64,000 nt of DNA from the human T2T-CHM13v2.0 reference genome, Homo sapiens. The stretch lies in the NCBI RefSeq assembly GCF_009914755.1, contig NC_060930.1; one strand, given 5' to 3'. Within the stretch, counting starts at the first letter, position 1. Every line of letters begins with the position of its first letter. This document shows positions 31,901 to 46,102 of this stretch, piece by piece. The notes under the pieces are model-generated. The model did not search any database and was not told where the DNA came from. It worked only from the letters and a program-made list of their open reading frames with translations. The translations under genes were made by a program, and so were the position numbers.

Positions 31901-33455
31901 GTCTTTATTGGAGCTGGCTGCTGACCTTGCTGCTGTGTCCTGGCCGCTGGCTTCTTTCTGTATTCTCTAAGTATGTCTGGGCCTGGCCTTTCAGTCTCTC
32001 CATCCTACCTCTGGATCTGTCTGCTATCAGTCTTTTGGGCTTTCATTAACATCCCTGTCGGGCACCACCAGACCCCTTAGTGACATCCCTATAACACACA
32101 GTCGGCACCTAGGGAGGGCCAGGTGGCCTCTAGGAGAAGAACTCTGCAATTTCACGCCTGTGGGTTATAAAAATGGACATTTCCTATGTGGGAATCAGAA
32201 ACCAGAGAGAATATAAAAAGTAATAGAGACCTCAAATGAGCTAATAGAGAGGGTAAAACTGTTCTCCATCTCTGAGGAGTCAAAGAGCAGGGATAAATAA
32301 CAATTTCTTTCTTTAAATTACATTTTGTACATTCCCATCTCATTTTGCTAATCAATCAAGGATAATTTCCTAGAACTGCAGTTTGGCTTTCTTCATGAAG
32401 ACAGGCAGGGGACTTAGAAAACTAGGAGAACAGGTAAGCCTAGGGAGAAGCTAGGCAAAGACAAAGGCAACACCTGAGCAAAGGCTATATGATAGCTCCT
32501 TGGAGAAAGAAAGATGAACAGGAGGAGGGGCTTCCATAGGAGAATTAAGGAAGGAGAGATGCATGACTTTGAGCAGTGAGTGGTACCATCTCAGTCCTGA
32601 GTGTGACAGTTTGACAGTAACTAAAATGTTTACTGCAACTCTAATCACAGACCTTAGGCCTGGTAAAACCTTCCATTCCACTTCTAAAACAGTGTACAGT
32701 CACTTCCTCCTAAATGCATTTAATTCTCCTTTCTTGTTCCCCAGGATTTGAAACATCATATGTATGCATGCTTCTGTACGTGTTGTTACTAATGCAGAAC
32801 ATTTTTTCTTTTTCAGACACAAGGAGGGCTCTTAGAAATGTGTGAGGAGACTGGTGATCAGGCAAGGATATTAAAGGTGAGATCAAACCCAGGATTGCAG
32901 GTGTGCAGTCGTTCAGCTGGTTTGTCACAGTCAGCCATGATAGGGATCACTCTTCCTGAGTCTACCCCTAGGTTGCCCAACTCTCCCAGTTTTTGCTGTT
33001 CCTCCCCCCGCCCCCAGAGTGTGTATTCGGAAGGTCCCTGGCTGAGATGTGTTCTCACCGTTCTGCCTCTGCATTACAAAAGAAGGAAGACCTCACAGTG
33101 CAGCTGGAGACTGTGCTCAGGAGATCCACAATGCTACCAAGCTTCAGCTCAGTGTTTAGTACTGCCAGCCTCTTCCAGTGCTCTCTGTTTCACTCTTTCC
33201 CCAGGCACACCTTGTTTTTCTTCTACCTTTGACCTCTGGAGAAAGGGATGGGTGTAGGGAGGGAGGGAGGGGGGAGTAGCTCTTGCCTGCTGTTTCCATG
33301 CTCATTGCAGGACCGTGCTGCTGCGCTCCTATACAGTAACCACCATTTCCTGACTTGGTCTAAGGTTCATTGCTCACCTTTAGGGCAAATGTTTTCTTCA
33401 ACTCCTGGTGTATGGTGCACGATCAATAAACTGAGGAACAATGATGGTACAGATA

Positions 33456-33533
33456 TTAGGTTGCTACAAAAGTAATTGTGGCTTTTTGCCACTTTCAATG
33501 ACAAGAACTGCAATTAATTCTGCACCAACCTAA
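33456..33533. mobile_element. MADE1 (Hsmar1-derived MITE)
   Basis: TTAGGTTG..CAAAAGTAATTG...CAATTAATTCTGCACCAACCTAA palindrome flanked by TA on both sides. Confidence 0.92.
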
Positions 33534-33944
33534 TATATGCAAGAAAAGTCAAGTCACTGGGTTCTCTATTTTAACATAGAGTGTACAGAGTGCAGTTGTG
33601 GAATGGAATGAAACATGACCTAACAAGGCACTGACTACATACCTTCTTATGCTTTCGAAACAAAGGGTCAAAGGGTAGAGCACGGTGATAAAATCTGCAC
33701 CTCTGCCTGCTCCTGCCGTTAATTCTACCTCCCATTTCAGGAAGAGAATGTGGGGCTGAGAAAAGTTATCTATTGCTCAATTGGACCTCTCCAGTTTCTG
33801 TGAGACAATGTCCTGTAAGTACATCGCATTATCATCCACTCATTATGCTAAAGTCTCTATCATGCCTGCCTTGAGTTACATTTCGAAAGGTCCCCTGCTG
33901 TGACCTTAGCCATGTGACTTGGTGAGGTAGTTAAGGGGTTCTGC

Positions 33945-34410
33945 CTGTGGCAGATACTAGGCTGATGCCCTACCCCACACTTCCTGAGCTTTCCAGAGTT
34001 CAAGGCAGTTGCACTGATAGCTCCAGCATGCTAAACTCTTCCCACCTGCACTGAGGGTGTTCTCAGAGCCACAGGAGCTTGCTGGGCAAACTGTGAGGGG
34101 ATGGGTGTTGTCAGGAAGGATGCTCCAGCCACAGCCGTCTATCAACAAGGCATCGAGTCAGTGAATATGTGGTCCATGGGAACTATTGAGTCCTGGTTCA
34201 CAGTTTCCTGGGAGCCCCAGAAGGGCTGTGCCTTGGTTGTTTGTGCACATGAGTCTTGCCCATAAGTGCCCTGTTTCACTGCCTTTTCTTTCTTCTTATC
34301 TCTCTTACCAACACTTCACTTGGAATTTTGGGGTTTACTTCCCAATTAAATTAGCTGTACCCAAGTACTGGTCTAGGGTCTGCTTTTGGAGAAAATCTAA
34401 ATGAAGATAG
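33945..34410 (+). mobile_element. LTR16-like ERVL LTR
   Basis: Resembles elements at ~44485-44937, ~49416-49898 and ~58893-59270. Confidence 0.45.
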
Positions 34411-35052
34411 TTGGAAAGGAAGAAAAAGTCTACAGTGGCTCTCACCTCTTCTTTTTAGCTTAAATTTACTCTCCTACCCACTGAAAGCTAGCTTCTGGCC
34501 CTGTCACCCTGAAATTCCCCATACTGTCAAATCCAGTGATTTTGCCCAATCATATCATACTTGACCTCTAGGTAGCAGTTGACCAACCATCGCCTCCTTG
34601 GAACACACTTCTCTTTGCTCCCAAAGACGGCCTTTTCTCCTAGATTTCCCCTTTCCATTAAGCTTTCTGCCATTCAGAGATGCATCTTTTCACTTCCCCC
34701 TTAAGTGTCCCATGTCCCATAAAGCTCCACCTGAGCCCTCTTCTATTCACACTCCCCACACTCACTAGGCAGTCTCAACTTCAGTGGCTTCCATGATAAC
34801 AAATGCCAGCGATACGCCAATCTGTCTTCCACCCAGGCTTCTGTTTTGAGCTCCCCCTTCTATGTTCAACTGTCTACTAGGTAGAGACCCTGAACACTCC
34901 ATGGAGCCTTCCCCAAGCATGCACCCTAGATAAAATTTCTGTGGTAGAACACTTTTCCCCAAGAAATTTGGCAGGGAAGAATAGAAGAGAGGCAAGAAAA
35001 TGAGGTGGTGAGGTTGAGAACAGTTATGGACTGTTCCATAAGAACAGTAAGA

Positions 35053-35340
35053 GGCCAGCCATGGTGGCTCACACCTGTAATTCCAGCACTTTGGGAGGCC
35101 GAGGTGGGCAGATCACCTGAGGTCAAGAGTTCGAGACCAGCCTGGCCAACATGGTAAAACCCCATCTGTACTAAAAAATTAGCCGGGCATGGTGGCAAGT
35201 GCCTGTGTAGTCCCAGCTACTCAGGAGACTGAGGCACGCAAATAGCTCGAACCCAGGAGGCAGAGGTTGCAGTGAACTGAGATAGCACCATTGCACTCTA
35301 TCCCTGGTGACAGAGTGAGACTCTGTCTCAAAACAAAACA
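35053..35340 (+). mobile_element. AluS
   Basis: Full dimeric Alu. Confidence 0.92.
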
Positions 35341-37562
35341 ACGATAAGAAGGCAGAAAGGCAGAGACACATGAGAAGCCAAGTTTCTGAGAAGGTAGAGG
35401 GGAAAGGCTTTAAGGAAGGAGGAAGACAAGTTCAGATTCAGAAGTACTTAACAGTGTCAGAGAAGCAGGTGATAGAGTTCTTGCCAGATGACTTTCATTT
35501 CTTCCCTCAACTGGGAGGCAAGATCATTTGCTGTAGCAAAATGGAAGATTTGAGGGTAAGAGGTAAAATTTTGGAAGGGGGCATCAGTGAAGATGCAAGC
35601 ATGGAAAGCTCAACAGAAACTGGCTTAAAAAGCAGTAAGATTTATTGACTGGTATTCTTGAAAGTCTAAAGGCAGACCAGGGTGTTGGCACAGTTTTATC
35701 CAGTAGCTCAAGATATCAGGACTCTAGCTCCTGTGATTCTCTTGCCCCTGGTTCTACCTTATGAGCTCCAGCAGTAAGACATTACACCCACATTGCAACA
35801 CCCAGACAGAGTCTCCTCTGGGGCTCCAGAAGAAGACAGGGGAAGTATATTTCTCAGAAGCCCTTATGGTCATCTCCTCTTGTCTCATCAGCCCATCTGG
35901 GTGGTGTGCTCATCTGTGATGCACCCATCAGGTGACCACAGAAATGGGAGAGCTGATTTGCTGAAGCCCATCAGTGCCTCCTCCTGGAGATGGAATGAGG
36001 TCAAGCCCACCCAAACAGCATGATTGAGAATGGGAGAGGTACACCTCCTCGAGGGAAAATCTGGGTGCTATTGGGAAGAAAAGGGAAAAATGAATACTGG
36101 GAAGTCAACCAATAAATGCCCACCCATAGTTAGTTTCTGAGGAAATGGTGAGAAGCAGCTGTTGAAAGATTTGTTAAGGTGTGATAATGCTGAAGTGGAG
36201 GTTCTGATGAGTGTGCAGGAGAGAAATTTGTAGTGGCTCCCACCCTCCTTGCTCTATGATTGTCCCAGCAGCCTGAGTAGGGGGGTTGTAGGAGTGGAGA
36301 AGGTAAATGATTGGATTGATCCAAAGTTGAGGTTTGCCAGGTGTATATTGTGTAGGGAGAACTGGGCACAACATGTGTTGAGGGTAATAGAGTGCTTGAA
36401 GTGATGGATGGGGGAAGAATGGAATTTGGAAGAGAGTCGATAGATTGGGATAAAATGGACTGTGTTCAAGGACTGAACTTTCAGATGAACTCAGAAGGCT
36501 GGCTTGAGGGGAGGGAGAAAGGATGAGTGCATACACGTAAGACAGCCAGTGAGAACTGCGAGCTAGGGAGCGTGTGAGTGAGAGAAAACACGTGAGAAAG
36601 GGTAAGACATTGCCATTTAACACTCAGAGGGAGTCAGTGACAGCAAGGGCTTCCTGGGTTCTATTTTCTAAATGAAGACATCATGACACGTTTGGCAAGT
36701 TACAGTGGGCTTGATAACACAACAGGTGTCTTCAAGCCTAAACCAGCCTCAGAAATGGGAGCCATATCCCTGCTGTTTCTCCTGCCTGGGTGTCATTCCC
36801 ACAAATATCAGTCCAGCTGGGTTCTTTGGGACAAAGAAGCTGGAGGCTACTGGCCATCCCTTTGCCTTCAAAATGGAGTCCTTAGGACTCTGAGACCACA
36901 TCTCACTTTTGTTTTGTCTAAGGACTCTGCAAAAAGGTTTGGTTGTTATCTTGTCTTTTTCTTCCAAAGATGTGTCATGCCACTTAGGTTCTTGGAACAG
37001 AAAAGAATGGAAAGGGAAGATGCCAGGAACAGATATATTCTAACCACTTTTTATTATTTTTTAATCAGATTCTTATTCTGGGTTAAGGAGATACACATGA
37101 TTGAATGGGTCTAAATTTGGAGGCTTGCCAGGTACACATTCTGTAAGGAGAAAGGCAATGTCTTACCCTTACCCACTCTGAGTTTTCTTGTTCACGCTCT
37201 TTCTAGCTGGCTGTCACATGCATGCACTCATGCTTCCCTGCTTCCCAGAAGCCAACCTTCTGAGTTCATGTGAACATCCAGTCCCTGAACCCATTCCATT
37301 TTATCTTAATCCATTGACTCCTTTCCAAATTCCCTTCCTCCTCCATCCATCACTTTAAGCACTCTATTACCCTCAACTCAAATTGTGCCCAGTAGAATTT
37401 CTATAGAATGAGCAGGCAAAGAAGTTGGAGAAGGAATCTACAGGCCTAGACTGAATGATTGGCTTGACTACTAACATACTCTGTGAATTGAATTCAGTGA
37501 TCTAAATCAGCAGAGCCGCAGTTTATACATACATACGATGAGTAGTGTAACAGTCTCTATAC

Positions 37563-37764
37563 CATGGGTCAGCAAACTTTTTCTGTAAAGGCCCAGAGAG
37601 AAAATATTTTAGGCTTGGCAAGCCATCTGGCCTCTGTTGCAACTACTGATTCTGTGGTTGGAGTGAGAAAGCAGCCAAAGACAATCCCTAACCAAATGAG
37701 CATGGCTGTATTCCCATAAAACTGTACTTGCAAAAATAGATGGCAGGAAGGATTTGACTCCCTG
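37563..37764 (+). mobile_element. MER58A-like hAT element
   Basis: GGTCAGCAAACTTTTTCTGTAAAGG... body. Confidence 0.7.
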
Positions 37765-39673
37765 AAGCAAGGGGCTGTGGGGAGGATCACGTAGCCTGTG
37801 TTCGTGGAGTCCTTTTGCCATAGCTTTGGTCACTAATGAGACTAATCACCCCTGTGCACTAAGCTGACCTCTCACCTATGTATTTGAGAGGACCAGTAGA
37901 TGTTTCAAAGATGATAATAATGCCAGTAAATACAACAGATACTATGTTTTCCTTGCTCATCTTCCAGCCCCCGACCTTCACATGATGTTAGTGGCCATGA
38001 CCTACTATGCCAAGTGGAAGACCCTTAGCCCTGCTTCCACCTTCCAGAGTTAGTTGCTTCCCCAGTGCTGCTGTGCACCACTGGGTGGTGGCATCTTGAA
38101 CTGCCAAAAATCATACAAATTACACCATATTCATAGCAAATGGAGTTGAAAGTCTCTCTTATTTGTGTTGTTAACATCTAACAGAAAGCTACAAAATACA
38201 AACATAAATGAGGTCAAATGTAATGGGGGGAGCTATTTAAGTTTGGGGTAGAATAGCAGTAAGGCTGATGTATTAGACTACATAATGCTAGATACTATAA
38301 TTGATACACTTATTGTCAGACCACTAAAACTTGATTGATTTTTTTATTTACATCATAGTTCTATGCACCTTGGGAGAAGAAAGAGAATCACTGCTCCATG
38401 CAACTATTCAAAGACCCAAGCTTCTTCCATCACATGATTCTACCATCTTTTAGGAATTTGTCTTTTTTTGCATTTAACCAGAGTAGGAAAAGGATGAGGA
38501 GAGGAGACAGAGAGGATTGTGTGGGGGACATTTTATAGGTCAGGCCTGGAGATGACAGCGTGACTTCCATCTGTTTTGTTGTCCAACTGAGCCATGTGGC
38601 CATATTTAACTGCAAAAGAGTTTGGGAGATGTGGTCTAACTGCAGATCTAGATAAAGAAGAAACAGATTTATTGAACATGTGGGCAGACTGCCACAACTG
38701 GGGACAAATTAAGTGACAGGCATGCCTTACTCAGAATTACTTTTCCCAGTTGACCATAGAGGCTATGTTACTGTTGGGAAAAAAAACAAAACAAACAAAA
38801 AAACTCCCTGTGGATAGCATCTTCTGAGAAGAGGCACTGACAACACTCTGGGTTATCTTTTCATGGATGTTTATATTACAAACGGCATTGGAAGATGGAA
38901 ATAGTGTCTCCCTTTGGAGCAGAGGGCAGTTTGGTGTCCAGGTTAACAAAGATATTATCTCTCTCTGGGAAAAAGTTTAGACAGGTTTGCTTACAAACCT
39001 TGTTTAGATTGAAGTTTCCTAAGTTTGAGGTTTCTTAGGTGTGACCCTAAACCATAATATGCTCAGCATCCATGTGCGCCCAGCCCTTGCCCCACAATCC
39101 TTGGTAGGCAAGAAGAACCAACAGAAACATAAAACCTATGCTGCCTGCTGTGGTACCAGTCACAAAATCCTTTTCTTTTGCCTAGACATTCTGTGTCTTC
39201 TGGAAGCACACATGAAACAGTGCCAGGCTAACCTGTTAGCTTGCAAGTAAAGCCTCAGACCCATTACAGTTTTTGAGAGTTACCAGTTCAAGTTTATCAT
39301 GGTCAGCATTTAGTAAATGTCTCTGGCTAGCCAAACATTTTTAGCTTTCCAGGATCCCAAGTAGCAGGCTTAAACTGACATTTCATCTTTGGTTAAATGA
39401 AATAAGTGATAACAGTGTAAATTTTGTAGCCCCCAGGCATATGTAACATAATACCAAGGCCTCCACATTGTACAACTCCGGGTGCTCTGTTCATATCATA
39501 GTCTATGAATATGAAATATAGCTGCTCTAACTATTATAAGATTTCATCATATCTAACACCCTTAATAGTAGAACACACCTTTACTTTAGGTGTAACAGAA
39601 ATAAAAAAGAAACTTCCAACTAAACTATGATAAAATGCTCTTCTGTCATTTTGATTTTTTTATTGTACATTGA

Positions 39674-40113
<440 letters not shown>

Positions 40114-40486
40114 TAAAAGTTATATGAATTGGAAAGGAATAAATAAAACTAGTTGCAGACAACATGATTATTTACCTAGGATGTCCTAAAAAATATAAAA
40201 TAAAAGCTACTGTTGAGGTTATCCTGGTTGCAGAATACAAGGTGAATGTACAAAAGTCAATTTTATTTCTGCATACTAGCAATGAACAATTATAAATTTA
40301 AATTTAAAGAGAAATGCCATGTATACTAGCACCAAAAAAGCTCACAAAATATTTAGAGATAAATCAAAATATGTGCAAGGCTTATGCTGAAAATTATTAA
40401 AACAGTGAGAGAAATCAAAGACCTAAATAAATAGACATACTGCCTTCTAGATTGGAAGACTCAATATTGTTAAGATGTCAATTCTC

Positions 40487-41180
40487 AAAGGAACACTTAT
40501 ACATTGTTGGTGGGAGTGTAAATTAGTTGAACCTTTGTGGAAGACAGTGTAGTGATTCTTCAGAGACCTAAAGACAGAAATACCATTCAACCCAGCAATC
40601 CCATTACTGGGTATATACCCAGAGGAATATACATTGTTCTCTTATAAAGATCTGTGCACATGTATGTTCACTGCAGCACCATTCACAATAGCAAAGACAT
40701 GGAATCAACCCAAATGCCTATCAATGATAAACTGGGTAAAGAAAATGTGGTACAAATACACCATGGAATACTATGCAGCCCCCAAAAAGAACGAGATCAT
40801 GTCCTTTGCAGGGACATGGATGGGGCCGGAGGCCATTATCCTTAGCAAACTAATGCAGGAACGGAAAACCAAATATCACATGCTCTCACTTATAAATAGG
40901 AGCTAAATGATGAAAACACATGGACACATAGAGGGGAACGACACATTGGGGCCTATCAGAGGGAAGAGGGTGGGAGGAGGGGGAAGATCAAGAAAACTAA
41001 CTAGTAGATACTAGGCTTAACACCTGGGTGATGAAATAGTCTGTACGACAAACCCCGATGACACAAGTTTACGTACGTAACAAACCTGTACATCCTGCAC
41101 ATGTACACCTGAAGTTAAAAAAAGACAAACAAAAAACCAAACCCTCCCAACCTCAAAAAACGCCCAAAACCCAAAACAAA
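40487..41180 (+). mobile_element. 5'-truncated L1PA 3' end with A/C-rich tail
   Basis: ORF 40634..40906 (MFTAAPFTIAKTWNQPKC...YTMEYYAA) is the L1 ORF2 C-terminus; L1PA 3'UTR follows. Confidence 0.92.
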
Positions 41181-42247
41181 CATAAACCAATTTGGGAAGA
41201 ATTGACATCTTTTTATAAGTTTAACACAATCCCCAGATCCTAGAAAGGTTTTTGTAGAAACAGAAAAGCTGATTCTAAAATTTATAAGGAAAAGCAGTGA
41301 CAGGAATAGTCAAAACAATTTTGAGAAACAAGAAGAAAGTTGGAGGACTTATACCACTTGATTTCCAAGTTTGCTATGAAGCTGTAGTAATGAAGACAGC
41401 ATGAAATTGGCAAAAGGACAGAGAAATAGATCAGAGGAACAGAATAGAATAAACCCACACTTATATGGTCAACTGATTTTCAATAAAGGTTGAATTCAAC
41501 AGAGAAAGAATAGTCTTTTCAACAAATGGTAATGAAATAATTGGTAACAAATGTTAACCCATCTCTTGTACCATATACACACATTAACTTGAAATGGATT
41601 ATTGACCCAATTGTAAAAGTCTAAAAACCATAAAATTTCTACAAGAAAATATAGGGGATGATCTTTGTGACCTTGGGCTTCACAAAGATTTCTAAGACAG
41701 GACATAAAAAACATGAGCCATAGAAGAAATTTGACAAAGTGTAGTTTATACATTTAACTATTTTGCTCTTTGAAAAACACCATAAAAATAAAAAAAAGAT
41801 TGAGAGAATATTTGCAAAACATATACCTGATCAGGAATACCCAGAATATATAAAGAACTCTCATAACTAAGTAATAGAAACACAAACAATCCAATTATGA
41901 ATGACTTGAACAGCTATTTCAAAGACACGGGTAGCAAATAAGCTCACAGAAAGATGCCCAACATAATTTGCCAACGGGAAAATGCAAATTAAAGCCACAA
42001 TAAGATACCACCACAAACTAGTACAATGACAATTTTTAAAAGCTGATCATACTAAGTGCTGGTGATGTTGCAGAGTAACTGGAAGTTTCATTCATTACTG
42101 GTGGGAATGTAAAATGGTATAGACACACTGGAGAACAGTTCAGCAGTTTCTTAAAACGCTAAATCTACATTTACCGTATGACCCAGTAATCCTATTGCTA
42201 AGTGTATACCCATGAGAAATGAAACTGCATTCACACAAAAACCTATA

Positions 42248-42598
42248 CAGGAGTCTCTTCTTATCCATGGTCTTGTTTCCCGTGGTTTCAGTTACGTACG
42301 GTTAACCAGAGTCTGAAAATAGATAGAAAATTCCAGAAATAATTCATAAGTTTTAAGTTTCATGCAGTTGAGATCAGCTTGGTGAAATATCTTGCTCTCC
42401 TGCTCAGTCCTGCCTGGGATGTGAATCATCGCCTTGTACAGTGTATTCACACTGTCTGTGCTACCTCCTCATTAGTCACATAGTAGTTATCAGATCAAAA
42501 AACAATAGTATATGGCATAGGATTTGGTACTATCTGCAGTTTTGGGCATCCACTGGGAATCTTGGAATGTATCCCCCATGAAAAAAGGGGGACTACTG
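42248..42598 (+). mobile_element. MER44A-like (TcMar-Tigger) element
   Basis: TA-flanked; 3' TIR ...AAGGGGGACTACTG. Confidence 0.78.
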
Positions 42599-43664
42599 TA
42601 CCTAAATATTTACAGCTTTATTCATAATTGCCCAAAACTGGAAACAATCCAAATATTGTTCTACTATGAATGGATAAACAAGTTATGGTATATTGGCACA
42701 ATGGAATACTACTCAACAATAAGAAGGAATGAACTAGTCATAAATGCAGAGGTATTATGCTAAGTGAAAGAAGCCAGATTCAAAATGCAGCATGACGTTA
42801 TAGAAAAGGCAAAATAGTAGAGATGGAAAACAGATCAGTGGTTGCCAGGGGCTGGTAGTATGGTATGGGATTGACTATAAAGGGCATGAGAAAACTTAAA
42901 AAATACTCTATCTCTTCATTTCAGTGATAGACACACAACTTCATACATTTTTAATAATTTGTAGAACTTTGCACCTAAGAAGTATATCTCCCCGTACTCC
43001 CCCAAACTCCCTTCCGAAAGAGTCATCTCTTGCTGGCTGTATCTCTTGACTTGAAGGTCACCCTTCTCAAGGTAGTCTGCTGTACCTGTCTTCTTACCTG
43101 TTCAGGTTTAGAGATAATAGCTCAGCTGACTCTAATATTGTGTTCCTATGCTGTTCTTCATGATTTTCATATGTTCTGCCCACATTTGTCAGTAGTCCCA
43201 TATATAAAACCATCCTAAGTTTTACTAAGTTCAGTGTGACATCCGTTTCTTTGCTGGGACCCTGATGACACCAGGCACAGGTCAGTTGAGCCAGACCCTT
43301 TTAGGGTTTCCTGAAAGCTCTGCCCACCATTTTTTACTCATGGTTAGAAGTTAGTCAGATGGCCATCCTGAATAAGAGAGGTGGGGATAGGTAGGTGGTA
43401 TATTATTGTTGTTGGCTTTTTGGGGGACTGGGAATTGTAGTTATGAAGGAATATTGGATACTGGATAGGCAGTTAGATGTCTGTGTCACAGAGATAAAGA
43501 TAAAGAGAGCCTACAAGGGAAGAAACAATATTAATGTGTAGTTAAGTAGACTGAGGAGAAAGGGAATATACATCAATAATCATTGAACTCTCAGCAACAC
43601 AGTCACATTTTAAAGGTCACTGGCAAATCCATAGGCCCCTGCCTTTGAAGTGCCCCACCTTAAG

Positions 43665-44170
<506 letters not shown>

Positions 44171-45749
44171 CACTTAAGGCCTTTTTAAGTGTGTTTTTCC
44201 CTCTTGTACAGGCCCATGAATCCAATTAATTTATAACTTTCACCCTGGAAGAATACAAACAATATGCACAATTGTTTAACTTAATATTCTTTCTGTACAA
44301 AGAATGTGAATTTTCAATGCAATAAAATCTTATTTAACAACAAAAAAGCATGACATAGTTGTTAAGAAGTTGTGTCCCAGAGTCAAAGTACCCAAGTTGG
44401 AATCCTGTTTCCACTACGTGCCAGCTGTGTGTTCTTGAGCATGCTGGTCAACCTCTTTGTGTTTGTTTACTCATGCACAGAGTGGGTGTGGTGGCATGAA
44501 AATGCACCTGGCAGACCTTCTAGTGCAGAGCACATAACTAGCCAAGGGTCCCAGTTGCTACAGTTTGGAATCCATCATAGCATGTGTGCCAGGGTCACAT
44601 CTCTTCCGGGCTGCTCCCCACTAATGACTGAAAATGGCAGGGGTACTAAGGTACATCTATTCCCGAAAGACACGGGACTCCTTTCTTAACCAACTGTGGC
44701 TCAAAGACTCTCCAAAGGCTTTGCTGAACATTTCCGAAACTGCTGTGTAGTCTAAGACATTTCTACCCAGCCTTTTCTCCCTTTCTCCTTCACTCAGAGT
44801 CAATCTTGGGTTATGACATGATTCTCCCAGCCTTTACCCTCTTTCTCCCATTTCTTTTTCAAAGGCATTTCCCTGAACATACTTGCACATTTATTCTGGT
44901 CTTGTCACCTTTGTCTTGGAGGACCCAGATTAACACAGTGGAGACAGTAGTACCTACACCTCACAGAGTTGAGAAGATGAGTTAATTCATTTAATATGGT
45001 AATAGTCATACTTGAGAAATAGTAATAACTCAGTCCATTTTGATTGTTAAAGATAGACCCCATCTTACATTTCTAGTATTACAGAAATGCTGTAGCATTG
45101 TAGCAGATTAGATAATCCAAAAACCTTTTCATTATAAAATACCATGAAAGTATGATTAAATACAGAAAATAATCTTCTAAATGCATAGCTGAGCTTATAA
45201 TAACATAAATCCTGGAGCAAAAATGAATAGAGAATTGAAAACCAGAAGTATTCTTCAGTTCACATTGTAGCTGTCCTTAGGTTTGTCTACCTCAGAGACC
45301 ATGATGGAGGCTTTGCACATGAAGCCGAAAACTATCAAAGAACTACTACTATATTTTCAGAAGACGGGCAGCAACTAAAAACAAGATCAACCCTTCAGCA
45401 AAGAGGGATATCAAGGAAGCTTGTCTGTTTTTACTTGTATTTGAATAAAGGGATAGGATTCCCCCAGACACCTGCTCTCCCTGAAGGCAGAGTTTCACAT
45501 TTAGATCTCTTATGTGGCTGAGAACTCCCAAGCTGGTAATATCTGTAACAAAGAGAATGTAAGTCCTCTCTGGAGGGACAAAACCTTATCTAAGGTTTCT
45601 CAGAGTTCCCTTCAATACAGCCCTGCTAAAGGTGAACTCACAATCCACAATCACAAAACACATAAGAAAAGAATTCACCATGAGTGAGAGTTGTCAGTAT
45701 TAAAAGTGGGATTATAGTCTCAAATTTAAAAGATAGTAATTGTAAGCAT

Positions 45750-46102
45750 TTTTTAAAATTTTAAGTTAAGTGGTACATGGGCAGATTTGTTACACAGGTA
45801 AACTTGTGTCATGGGGTTTTTTTGCACAGATTATTTCACCCAGGTATGAAGCCTAGTACCTATTATTTTTTCCTGATCCCCTCTCTCCTCCCACACTCCA
45901 CCCTCTGATAGGCCCCAGTGTGTGTTGTTTCCCTCTATGTGTCCATGTGTTCTTATCATTTAGCTCCCACTTGTGAGAACATGCAGCGTTTGGTTTTCTG
46001 TTCCTGTGTTAGTTTGCTAAGAATAATGGCCTGCAGCTCCATCCATGTCTCTGCAAAGAACATGACCTTGTTCTTTTTTATGACTGCATAGTATTCCACA
46101 GG
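45750..46102 (-). mobile_element. L1PA 3'-end fragment
   Basis: Reverse L1PA 3'UTR (GTGAGAACATGCAG...CATAGTATTCCA). Confidence 0.88.
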
